From a bacterium (lineage in GTDB: Bacteria > Patescibacteriota > Patescibacteriia > Patescibacteriales > XYC2-FULL-47-12), in NCBI GenBank assembly GCA_030698385.1, contig JAUYLZ010000008.1:1430-65429 (forward strand): a stretch of 64,000 bases of DNA, in the 5' to 3' direction. The notes under the pieces were generated by a model. The model searched no databases and was not told the DNA's origin. It saw only the letters and a list, made by a program, of their open reading frames with translations. A program made the position numbers and the translations under genes. Every line of letters starts with the position of its first letter. Positions within the stretch are counted from its first letter, which is position 1. Positions 1-9,536 of the stretch are shown piece by piece.

Positions 1-480
1 GGTAAAAGCTCCGCCGATTCCCGTCCCCAGAGTAACGCCAACCGCGCTGGCGTAATTCTTCACCGCGCCCAGCTTGGTCTCGGCCAGGAGAAAACAATTA
101 GCGTCATTATCCATGACCACCGGCAGGCCGTACTTTTCAAAAACTATTTTACCCAAAGAAACATTGTTGATTATCTTTAAATTCGGGCTGTCGAGAATTT
201 TCCCCTCAAGGTTTTTCGGCGGCGGCTGATCAACCACGCCGGCGACGCCGATGCCAACGCGCCCGACATTGAACTTTTCTTTTTTCGCCTTCTCAATCAG
301 CGGATCTATCAATGCCCAGAGCATGACAAGGAAGTTGTCCAGGTTGTCTTTGGGCGTGGCGAGCTGATAGTCGGCGATGATCTCGTTTTTTTCCAGATCA
401 AATAAAACTGCCGACATTTTGGTGCCGCCGATATCCACGCCGATGGAATGGGTTATGTTTGGTAATTTTGTTTGTACCAT
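1..480 (-). CDS. ROK-family sugar kinase (glucokinase-like); C-terminal part runs off the window
   Basis: Not in the ORF track because it is truncated. My reverse translation from ATG 480-478 stays open to base 1. It reads MVQTKLPNITHSIGVDIGGTKMSAV...VVMDNDANCFLLAE...VGVTLGTGIGGAFT. The DIGGT, NDAN and GTGIGG blocks are ROK/ASKHA kinase hallmarks. Confidence 0.75.
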   Translation of the reverse strand, partial: MVQTKLPNITHSIGVDIGGTKMSAVLFDLEKNEIIADYQLATPKDNLDNFLVMLWALIDPLIEKAKKEKFNVGRVGIGVAGVVDQPPPKNLEGKILDSPNLKIINNVSLGKIVFEKYGLPVVMDNDANCFLLAETKLGAVKNYASAVGVTLGTGIGGAFT

Positions 481-665
481 AAAAAATATTGTAAAAATAA
501 AAATGTAAAAATAAAAATGACAGTGTAAAATTTTTAATGTTTACCTTTTGCCTTTTAGTGTTATTATGCTGGACGCTAAAATATTCGCTATTTCTATTAA
601 CTCCTTTAATAATTCATTTTTAAATTTTTCTTTGTCATTTTGCATTTTGAAATTTACATTTTGAA

Positions 666-1712
666 TTAATTAAATAGTGTTTTAGCCTCATTCCACAAAC
701 TATCATCGTTATTTACCGTCTTTTCCCAATACCACCATTCCACGCCCCAAAGGTAGAATTCCTGAAAACCGGTCTGGCGGGAGTACTCCAAAATTTCTCT
801 GAATTTGTCTATATCCATAGTGCGTGAACGCTCCGCTTTTGTCAAGGTATAGTAAGGCTTTGGCCCCCAGGGCTCGGCTTGCAATTCTATGACAATATAA
901 TCTTTTGGTTTTTTGACAATCAGCGATCTGGCTAAGTTATATTTTAAGCGAAAAAAACTCGGCGGAATGGGATAATGGATGTAACGCCCCAGAGCAGAGC
1001 TGTAGACATCGCGGTACATAGTAGTGCCAAAAATATCGGCTTGCTCCATGGCATGAAACCACAGACTTAGCTCGCCGCTGTCAGTAATTATAATTGGCCG
1101 GCCGGCGCCGCCGCCAGAGGGGCTATCCAGCTCTTTGACCAAACTAATCTCCGCTTCAAGCATCCCCTGATTAATTTCCGGACATTCGCCGAAGTGGGTC
1201 AGAAAGGGCTCGTTTTCCACCTGCCAGGCGATAATATTAGGATTGCCGCGATAGCGTTCAACGACTTTTTTCAGATACTGCGCAACTTCTTGCGAAGGCG
1301 CGCTTTTGGTAAAACCAAGCCACTCCGGATAGTGGCACTCGGGCCAGCGAGGCAGGCGTCCGCCGATGGCCAAAATTATTTCAACATTGCGCTCGCTTGC
1401 TTCGGTAATCTGCCAGTCCAGATCGGCAAAATCAAAAATATCCGGTTTGTACTCAATTTCATTCCAGTACGCCGGCAGACGCAGTTTTTTCACTCTCAGA
1501 TCATCCAGCATATCCAGATAAGCCGCCTTCCAATCCAGTCCCATTTCTTCAACATAGCGCGCTGAAAAAGTCACCCCGTAGGTAAGCTCGCTTTTATCAT
1601 AAATCGGCCGATAGCTGGCGAAGGGCAGGATAATAATAATTAAAATTATAATAATCAAAATTACTTGTACTTTTTTATTTTTTAAAAACTTTTTTAACAT
1701 CGTCTTTGTCAT
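666..1712 (-). CDS. Membrane-anchored glycoside hydrolase, clan GH-A (GH5-like TIM barrel)
   Basis: Has an N-terminal TM segment, a WQVENEPF motif (NEP acid/base Glu) and a later ELQAEPW motif. The first 6 codons of the tracked ORF (MRSGFR) lie inside a palindromic repeat, so I start at M7 (1712). Confidence 0.6.
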   Translation of the reverse strand: MTKTMLKKFLKNKKVQVILIIIILIIIILPFASYRPIYDKSELTYGVTFSARYVEEMGLDWKAAYLDMLDDLRVKKLRLPAYWNEIEYKPDIFDFADLDWQITEASERNVEIILAIGGRLPRWPECHYPEWLGFTKSAPSQEVAQYLKKVVERYRGNPNIIAWQVENEPFLTHFGECPEINQGMLEAEISLVKELDSPSGGGAGRPIIITDSGELSLWFHAMEQADIFGTTMYRDVYSSALGRYIHYPIPPSFFRLKYNLARSLIVKKPKDYIVIELQAEPWGPKPYYTLTKAERSRTMDIDKFREILEYSRQTGFQEFYLWGVEWWYWEKTVNNDDSLWNEAKTLFN

Positions 1713-2129
1713 CCTGAATCCCGATCGCAATCGGGATGAAGGATCTCTGTTATAAGTAAAAAGTCATGTTAATTCACCATCTTCCATCAAATCTAGAAAT
1801 TTGATATTTTCACTTGTTATTAAATTTATCTTTTTTTCTCTACGCCAACCTTTTAACTCTTTCTCTCTAAGTATTGCTTCCTGGACGTACTGATACATTT
1901 CATAATAGACTAATTTATTAATATTGTATGTTGAAGTAAAACTGTTCGGATTTATTTTTGTTTTATGTTCAAGATATCTTTTGTATATATCATTTGTCAT
2001 ACCTATATAAAAACGATTGTTGGATTTGTTAGTTAATATATATACATAATAAACATACTCTTTCATAATGATAATTTTTCTCTTTTTCAGAGATCCCTCC
2101 CTGTTATTTCATAACCGGTTCGGGATGAC
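1708..2129. mobile_element. GIY-YIG gene cassette bounded by about 42-nt imperfect terminal inverted repeats
   Basis: The left arm is 1708-1749 (gtcatcctgaatcccgatcgcaatcgggatgaaggatctctg). The reverse complement of the right arm 2088-2129 is gtcatcccgaaccggttatgaaataacagggagggatctctg. Both start with gtcatcc and end with ggatctctg. Confidence 0.5.
1764..2066 (-). CDS. GIY-YIG nuclease superfamily protein (UPF0213-like)
   Basis: Contains YYVYILTN...RFYIGMTNDIYKRYLEH...KGWRREKK, which matches the GIY-YIG core motifs. Confidence 0.85.
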   Translation of the reverse strand: MKEYVYYVYILTNKSNNRFYIGMTNDIYKRYLEHKTKINPNSFTSTYNINKLVYYEMYQYVQEAILREKELKGWRREKKINLITSENIKFLDLMEDGELT

Positions 2130-2154
2130 AAACAAAAGTTAGGTAATTTTATTT

Positions 2155-3105
2155 TTAGATCAATAAAAATAGCCCAATGCCGATCATCAGCGCTCCCATG
2201 AATTTCTGAAAAAGCACCGCGCCCTTCATTTCTTCTTTGATAACCCGCGGGTACTTCTCGGACAAAACCAATACGATTATTAATAGAAAAACATATTGAA
2301 TGCCCTGTAAAGAATTAATTATCGCGACATTGCCCAGCGAGATGGCATAGTTAATTAATATAAAAGCAACGACAGCCAAAAAACGAATTGATAAAAACAG
2401 CGGCAAACTCTTGAGCGTTTCTTTTTCTTTTTTTCGTGAAAATATCTTTTGACGATTGCTCGGTATGGCTAGCAACAGCAAAGCGCCAATGAAGCCGCCG
2501 ATGCGCGTCCAAATATAACTGCCGATAAAAGGTTCGTTGAGGTAGATAAATTTAATTAACACATAGTAAGCGGCAAAAGCAAAAGCGGCAACCAAAGAAT
2601 TTATAATCAAACGGCGAGTAGGATTGTATTCGGCGTGCTTAGAGCCAAATAACAGGCGTAAATATTTTATCGAGCGCTGGAATACGTTTTCTGCTCTGGT
2701 TTTGGCTGAGATCAAAACACCGCCGGCGATTAAGACTAGTATTGCGGCAAAACCGTCTTTGGTCAGTGTTTCTCCCAAAAAAAAGTAAGCGAGCAAAAGA
2801 CTAAAAATCGGAATAAACGCGCCGACTATCGGAACAACCTTGGTAGCCTCGCTTTGATGCAGGGCTTTGTACCAGGCAATGGTTGCCCACAAAAACAGCC
2901 AACCGGCGAGAAACTCAATGAAGAGCCAGCTCCAAGCCGGCACATACCATTCAAAAGCAAATAACACCACGTTGCCGATGCTCCAGATGCCGACATAAAA
3001 AGCGTAAGTAACTGAAGAATGGACTTTTTTGGACAAAAAATACTTGTCGGCGGTATAGACGCCGGCGTTAATCACATACCCTAAAATGGCGATGGGTAGC
3101 CACAT
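2155..3105 (-). CDS. EamA/DMT-family transporter
   Basis: About 10 TM helices with two EamA-like halves (…FSLLLAYFFLGETLT… and …LVLSEKYP…). The first 11 codons overlap an AT-rich repeat, so I start at M12. Confidence 0.65.
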   Translation of the reverse strand: MWLPIAILGYVINAGVYTADKYFLSKKVHSSVTYAFYVGIWSIGNVVLFAFEWYVPAWSWLFIEFLAGWLFLWATIAWYKALHQSEATKVVPIVGAFIPIFSLLLAYFFLGETLTKDGFAAILVLIAGGVLISAKTRAENVFQRSIKYLRLLFGSKHAEYNPTRRLIINSLVAAFAFAAYYVLIKFIYLNEPFIGSYIWTRIGGFIGALLLLAIPSNRQKIFSRKKEKETLKSLPLFLSIRFLAVVAFILINYAISLGNVAIINSLQGIQYVFLLIIVLVLSEKYPRVIKEEMKGAVLFQKFMGALMIGIGLFLLI

Positions 3106-3176
3106 AAATAAATTCAAAATGCAAATTTCAAAATGCAAAATTTAATTTTGAAATCTGCAATTTGCACTCTGCATTT

Positions 3177-4385
3177 TTAAAAGCCATTGTTTCTGGCGAT
3201 CTCCGCATACACCTGCGCGCTTGGCCTGGGGGTTCTTGCAAAAGTTTTCAAATCAACATTGTAAAGGCCGAATTTCGGACCGAAACCATCCGACCACTCA
3301 AAATTATCAAGTAACGACCAGTGGCAATAACCGTGAATTTCAACTCCGGCTTTGTAGGCTTTATGAACATTACGCAAGTGGTCTTTGATAAAATCAGCGC
3401 GGTACTTGTCTTTTTTGTCCGCCAGACCGTTTTCTAAAATTATCACCGGCAGACGGTATTTTTTTAATTCAAGCAAAACATGATACAGCCCGGCCGGATA
3501 AATTTCCCAACCCATGTCAGTCGTCTTTTTGTTTTCATTCATATTCACATAACCGTTCCATGATACAAAAATTGCGTTATGAAAATAATAATTCAGACCA
3601 ATATAATCAAGCTTGTCTTTTATTTTTTTCAAAAACCAATGATTCCAAAAGTTGCGAAGGAAATTTACGGCGCGGCGATTCAGCCAGTTGTCAACATAGG
3701 CTTCAAAATATTGATTATTTTTGGCGATACTAACCTTTGCTTGCGGATAATTATCATGAATGACATTGTAAGCGAAGACATGCGCGCTGACTAAGTTTTT
3801 TAACACCTTTTTGAATTTAAAATATGACTTTTTCTGGGGAGGCCACTTGCCTTTTAGATAACAGTTAAAGGCGTAAATCATCGGCTCATTTATTGTGCAC
3901 CAATAATTGATTTCGTGTCCGAGTTTTTTTACCACCTGCTGGGTATAGCGGCGGAAAAAAACCGGCGCGTCTTTATTCAACCAGCCGCGCTGATCGCGAA
4001 ACCATAGCGGCACGGTCCAGTGGTTGAGCGTAACAATCGGTTCAATGTTGTTTTTTTTGCAGGTCTTGATGATTTTTCGATAGTGCTCAATTGCTTCATT
4101 ATCAAACTGTCCCTCAACCGGCTCAATGCGGCTCCACTCCAGCGAAAAACGGTAGGCGGTATTATTGAGTTCTTTAACCAGTCTAATATCATCTTCGTAC
4201 CATTCATATGAATTGCAGGCGCGTCCGGAAATTGAGCCATCTTTGATATGGCCCTCGATTTTTTCCCACTCGGTCCAGTCGTTTTCATTGTTGCCTTCTA
4301 CTTGATGCGAAGAAGTGGCGACTCCCCAGAGAAAATTTTCCGGAAAAGCATAAGTACGGCGCTTTTTGATTTTTGTCTCACTCAT
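3177..4385 (-). CDS. GH1 beta-glucosidase
   Basis: Carries FLWGVATSSHQVEGN, TINEP and ILENG, which are the GH1 signature and catalytic Glu motifs. The likely start is M11 (MSETK). Confidence 0.9.
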   Translation of the reverse strand: MSETKIKKRRTYAFPENFLWGVATSSHQVEGNNENDWTEWEKIEGHIKDGSISGRACNSYEWYEDDIRLVKELNNTAYRFSLEWSRIEPVEGQFDNEAIEHYRKIIKTCKKNNIEPIVTLNHWTVPLWFRDQRGWLNKDAPVFFRRYTQQVVKKLGHEINYWCTINEPMIYAFNCYLKGKWPPQKKSYFKFKKVLKNLVSAHVFAYNVIHDNYPQAKVSIAKNNQYFEAYVDNWLNRRAVNFLRNFWNHWFLKKIKDKLDYIGLNYYFHNAIFVSWNGYVNMNENKKTTDMGWEIYPAGLYHVLLELKKYRLPVIILENGLADKKDKYRADFIKDHLRNVHKAYKAGVEIHGYCHWSLLDNFEWSDGFGPKFGLYNVDLKTFARTPRPSAQVYAEIARNNGF

Positions 4386-4523
4386 ATGATGTATTATAGC
4401 ATGTCTTGCTTGCAAACCGTAGCTTTCAGCGAAGGTTTGACTTTTCAGATAAATTTTTTTATACTACTATAACAATTACTAAAAATGTTCTTTAAAAAAA
4501 TATCCTAAAAAGGAGAAAAGCTA

Positions 4524-5057
4524 ATGAAGCACGGTGGTTTTACCCTAATTGAACTTTTGGTGGCAGTTACTGTCATCGGCGTACTTGCTATTATTGCCAT
4601 CCCAAATTTTATCAATGCCCGTACCTACGCACAAGTTGGACGAGCGTACAACGATTTACACGCTATTGCGTACACACTTACGACATATCACATAGACTGG
4701 AATGGCTATCCGCTGTCAGTTAGTTTGGAAACAAAAAGAATACTTCCTCATGAACAGCGTCTCCAACCACTAACACCTAATTACTTATCAACAATTCCGC
4801 GAGATATCTTTCGCCCTGATGTACCGCCAAGCTACCTTGAACGCTATGGCTGGCAAGGGACTAATCGCTATGAAGGCGAAGCTCCGCCGGTGAACGGCAT
4901 GGATAGCTGGTTCTTTGAAGTTGGTTCTTGGGTTATCTCGTCAGTAGGACCGGCTATAAGCCGTCCAGATATTAGTGACGGCTATGACTTACATGATGTT
5001 TATGATCCTACCAACGGAATAAACTCGCTGGGAGTTATTGTACAGTGGGGTGGTTAA
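4524..5057 (+). CDS. Type IV pilin / pseudopilin with prepilin N-terminal cleavage-methylation motif
   Basis: Begins MKHGGFTLIELLVAVTVIGVLAIIAIP, a class III signal (G|FTLIE). The SD aaaggag lies upstream. Confidence 0.85.
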   Translation: MKHGGFTLIELLVAVTVIGVLAIIAIPNFINARTYAQVGRAYNDLHAIAYTLTTYHIDWNGYPLSVSLETKRILPHEQRLQPLTPNYLSTIPRDIFRPDVPPSYLERYGWQGTNRYEGEAPPVNGMDSWFFEVGSWVISSVGPAISRPDISDGYDLHDVYDPTNGINSLGVIVQWGG

Positions 5058-5083
5058 TTTCTCTAACTAATTAATGACATACA

Positions 5084-5115
5084 CCGTGAGGGCACAAATT
5101 CTCACGGCTTTTTTT
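5084..5115 (+). terminator. Intrinsic terminator after the pilin gene
   Basis: Stem ccgtgag/ctcacgg followed by a T-run. Confidence 0.6.
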
Positions 5116-5190
5116 AAAAAAACATCAAAATCTGCGATCAAAAATTTGCAATCGGCAATCTATTGACTTTTCACTAAAATCTGCTATACT
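5114..5190 (+). promoter_or_regulatory. Promoter cassette copy 1 (TTGACT-16-TATACT with a conserved 43-nt upstream block)
   Basis: The -35 is at 5163-5168 and the -10 at 5185-5190. The block 5125-5167 is identical to 6573-6615. Confidence 0.6.
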
Positions 5191-5246
5191 AAAGCATTGC
5201 GCTTTGAAGTGATAAATAAGATCTTTAACAAGAAAGGAACTAAAAA

Positions 5247-6497
5247 ATGAAAGCTGAATTTACCAAACTTTTCGATTTTACGGAAATTCCACTGGCATCT
5301 GGCTGCAGACTCTACTGCAGTGAAATTCCTTGGGAAAGTCGTGTAACCGTTGGTGTTGCCTTGCCCGTGGGAAGCCGTGATGACGGCAGTCTCCCGGGTC
5401 TTCATCATTTTTGTGAACATTGGCCGTTTGACGGAACCATAAACTATCCTACCGCCCAGTTGCTTGCCGAACCAGTTGAAAAATATGGCGGCTACCTCAA
5501 TGCTTTTACCAATCACCACTCAACTATGTATTTTTGTGTAACGCCACTGGCAGTTGAAAGTGCCGTCCACGCCATTGCCGACATAGCCAGACAGTGGCGC
5601 TTTACGCCGAAACGGGTAGATAATAACCGAAAAGTCATCACGCGAGAATACTGGCGCGCGGAAAGTAATTGTTATTCTCGTTTCGGCAAATCGTTTTCAG
5701 CGCGTCTCTTTAAAAAAGAGCATCCATACCATCACACGGTTCTGGGTACGGTTGAAAGTATTAATACCATCACGCTTGATGACGTAAAAGCAATGTACGA
5801 GCGAGACTATGTCAGCGCAAACTTCAATATCTTTTTAATTGGTAATTGTGAAATGGCCAAGTATCAGGATTTAATTGAAAATTGCTTTGCCTCGGTACCA
5901 AACCGCCCTTACGCTCGCCAATCAATTGACCTAAGTTGCGGCCTTGTAGCTGGCGAAACCGCTATTGAGAAAGATGAATTCTGGAAAGAGGCTCATGTTT
6001 TAATAGCCGCGCCCCCTTGTTTACCGCTTAGTAAACGACAGTATCACTTGTGGTCGATATTTTGTACCATGATGGATGAAGGGACATCAAGCCCCATCAG
6101 ACAATGGCGCGAAAAAAAAGGACGCTTTTACAGTTGCGGCCTCGGCATTAATGAAACCCCTGACTACACCTTGTTATACAACTTTGCCATGACCTCTGCC
6201 GATCAAATTAAAAAATTCCAAGATGAATTTTGGACAATTGTAAAACGAACCCTTTTAAATTATGGCCGATTCCAGTTCGCTCAGAGTTTTAGAAAATCCG
6301 TTCTGCAATATTACGGCGGCAACAGCAGAAAAATATTTGAAGTCGCCGCCACCGAGCTGATAACTGATAAAGTAATTACACCACTGTCTACCGACCTAGA
6401 CATTATCAACTCAATTACCCTTGAAGACGTGCAATTATTCATTAATAGCGTCTTTTCAGAAATGACAACTTTCACTTTTATCTGCCAACCCGCGTAG
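5247..6497 (+). CDS. M16 (pitrilysin/insulinase) family zinc peptidase
   Basis: Has the inverted zincin motif HFCEH (HxxEH) near the N-terminus, and the length and layout of a two-domain M16 protein. Confidence 0.75.
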   Translation: MKAEFTKLFDFTEIPLASGCRLYCSEIPWESRVTVGVALPVGSRDDGSLPGLHHFCEHWPFDGTINYPTAQLLAEPVEKYGGYLNAFTNHHSTMYFCVTPLAVESAVHAIADIARQWRFTPKRVDNNRKVITREYWRAESNCYSRFGKSFSARLFKKEHPYHHTVLGTVESINTITLDDVKAMYERDYVSANFNIFLIGNCEMAKYQDLIENCFASVPNRPYARQSIDLSCGLVAGETAIEKDEFWKEAHVLIAAPPCLPLSKRQYHLWSIFCTMMDEGTSSPIRQWREKKGRFYSCGLGINETPDYTLLYNFAMTSADQIKKFQDEFWTIVKRTLLNYGRFQFAQSFRKSVLQYYGGNSRKIFEVAATELITDKVITPLSTDLDIINSITLEDVQLFINSVFSEMTTFTFICQPA

Positions 6498-6534
6498 AGT
6501 TGTCTTTAATCTTTCCTAATGTTTTGAAATCTAA

Positions 6535-6559
6535 AGCCTCAAATCTTGAGGCTTTTTTT
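6535..6559 (+). terminator. Intrinsic terminator after the M16 gene
   Basis: Stem gcctcaa/ttgaggc followed by a T-run. Confidence 0.6.
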
Positions 6560-6561
6560 CT

Positions 6562-6639
6562 TTAAAAAAATGTCAAAATCTGCGATCAAAAATTTGCAAT
6601 CGGCAATCTATTGACACTTTTTTTAAAATGCTCTAAAAT
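6562..6639 (+). promoter_or_regulatory. Promoter cassette copy 2 (TTGACA-17-TAAAAT), candidate 16S rRNA promoter
   Basis: The -35 is at 6611-6616 and the -10 at 6634-6639. It shares the same 43-nt upstream block as copy 1. Confidence 0.55.
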
Positions 6640-6734
6640 ACTATTGCACATGAATCTTTTAACTATTTAAACTCAAAATTTTCAATTTAGCTTAATATAC
6701 CAACTAAATATGAGTTGCGTAGGAAAAAAGCAGT

Positions 6735-6781
6735 AATACTTTATCCGCGAGCTGATCGGATAAAGTATTTCTGTTTTTTTC
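6735..6781 (+). terminator. Terminator-like hairpin inside the rRNA leader
   Basis: A 13-bp perfect stem (aatactttatccg / cggataaagtatt) followed by tctgttttttttc. Confidence 0.5.
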
Positions 6782-6834
6782 TTAAAAAATTAGGAAAAAC
6801 GCTCATCACAACTGAATAACCTCTTTTCACTTAA

Positions 6835-6861
6835 TATTTTTAGTGTTAAGAGGCGCCAATT
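6835..6861 (+). other. 16S leader strand of the predicted pre-rRNA processing stem
   Basis: tatttttagtgttaagaggcgccaatt is complementary to trailer 8660-8687, with 2 mismatches over 27 nt. Confidence 0.65.
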
Positions 6862-6959
6862 AAATCAAATGTTCCTACACAAATGTAGGAAAAAAAACAA
6901 AAAAAGTAATTCAGAGCAAAAGCTCAAATTTTCTTTTGAAAGTATGCAAATACTTTCAT

Positions 6960-8582
<1,623 letters not shown>

Positions 8583-8659
8583 AAGGAGTAATGTCACGGT
8601 GGAAGTGACATTGGTCGGTCCCAAAATTTTTGGGACGTTGCTATCGTAAGGTAGCGACA

Positions 8660-8687
8660 AATTGGCGCCTATTAATACTAAAAATAG
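8660..8687 (+). other. 16S trailer strand of the predicted processing stem
   Basis: aattggcgcctattaatactaaaaata pairs with leader 6835-6861. Confidence 0.65.
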
Positions 8688-8807
8688 GAAAGCAAGTAGT
8701 TTTATGGGGCTGCTTGTATATTAAATGCAGCCCGCTAAGGGCTTTTTTAGTTGCAAAAAATACATCATCGTAGTAAGCTAAAAATAAGTTTTGTTTAAAG
8801 TCTGGAT

Positions 8808-8881
8808 GGGCCCATAGCTCAGTTGGTTAGAGCACCGCCCTTATAAGGCGGGGGTCGATGGTTCGAGTCCATCTGGGCCCA
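8808..8881 (+). tRNA. tRNA-Ile (anticodon TAT)
   Basis: A 74-nt manual cloverleaf: acceptor GGGCCCA/TGGGCCC, anticodon arm CCGCC-CTTATAA-GGCGG, T arm GATGG-TTCGAGT-CCATC. No CCA is encoded. Confidence 0.85.
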
Positions 8882-8908
8882 CTGAATAAAATTTTAAAGT
8901 ATAGCGGG

Positions 8909-9137
8909 TATGTAGTTTATATTATTGAAAGTGATAATTATAGAAATAAAAAATAATTAATTATAGCGGGGTAGAGTCCCGCTGAGGCGGGAGCAGCTCG
9001 CCAGGCCCATAATCCCGCCGTGGCGGGATCGCCGATTTGAGACTTTATATCATGAATACTAATAAAAAATATGTAGTTTATATTATTGAAAGTGATAATT
9101 ATAGAAATAAAAAATAATTAATTATAGCGGGGTAGAG
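8909..9137 (+). repeat. Tandem duplication (161-nt period) of the initiator-tRNA leader and 5' end
   Basis: The 68-nt stretch at 8909-8976 is identical to 9070-9137. Confidence 0.9.
8965..9043 (+). pseudogene. Disrupted tRNA-fMet copy carrying two 16-nt GC hairpins
   Basis: It matches tRNA-fMet at agcggggtagag, gcagctcgccaggcccataa and tcgccg. The D-loop is replaced by tcccgctgaggcggga (8977-8992). The 3' anticodon stem and variable loop are replaced by tcccgccgtggcggga (9013-9028). The 3' acceptor strand is missing. Confidence 0.75.
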
Positions 9138-9198
9138 CAGATGGCAGCTCGCCAGGCCCATAACCTGGAGGTCGCCGGTTCGAGTCCGGCCCCCGCAA
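9126..9198 (+). tRNA. Initiator tRNA-fMet (anticodon CAT)
   Basis: Near-collinear with E. coli tRNA-fMet (…GCGGGGTAGAGCAG…CCCATAA…GGTTCGAGTCCGGCCCCCGCAA). It has a 1:72 mismatch (A:A) and the A11:U24 pair. Two G:C pairs lie next to the anticodon loop. Confidence 0.8.
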
Positions 9199-9285
9199 CA
9201 CGTTAATTTTAGATTTGAGATTTTAGATTACAGATTTATAACACTCAAAATTATAAATCTAAAATCATCAATCATAAATGCAATC

Positions 9286-9357
9286 GCCTCGGTAGCTCAG
9301 TGGTAGAGCAAAGGACTGAAAATCCTTGTGTCGTCAGTTCAATTCTGACCCGGGGCA
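9286..9357 (+). tRNA. tRNA-Phe (anticodon GAA)
   Basis: A 72-nt manual cloverleaf: acceptor GCCTCGG/CCGGGGC and anticodon loop CTGAAAA. Confidence 0.85.
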
Positions 9358-9387
9358 CAACTATATAAAAACTATGACTTATGATTT

Positions 9388-9461
9388 GGGCAATTAGCTC
9401 AGTTGGTTAGAGCGCGTCCCTGATAAGGACGAGGTCGGTGGTTCGAATCCACCATTGCCCA
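9388..9461 (+). tRNA. tRNA-Ile (anticodon GAT)
   Basis: A 74-nt manual cloverleaf: acceptor GGGCAAT/ATTGCCC and anticodon loop CTGATAA. Confidence 0.85.
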
Positions 9462-9473
9462 CCTAAAAATCTA

Positions 9474-9511
9474 CAAAAAAATATCTCCAATCATCTGGAG
9501 ATATTTTTTTA
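9474..9511. terminator. Bidirectional intrinsic terminator (tRNA cluster / tig)
   Basis: Stem atatctcca/tggagatat flanked by an A-run and a T-run. Confidence 0.65.
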
Positions 9512-9536
9512 CTAATTACCGTTTGCCAATTACTGG

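Noticed and set aside
8909-9137. Possible CRISPR-like or tandem repeat array downstream of the 16S
   Set aside because: There are only two copies with a 161-nt period, and each contains tRNA-fMet sequence. This is a segmental duplication, not a repeat-spacer array. No cas genes are present in the window.
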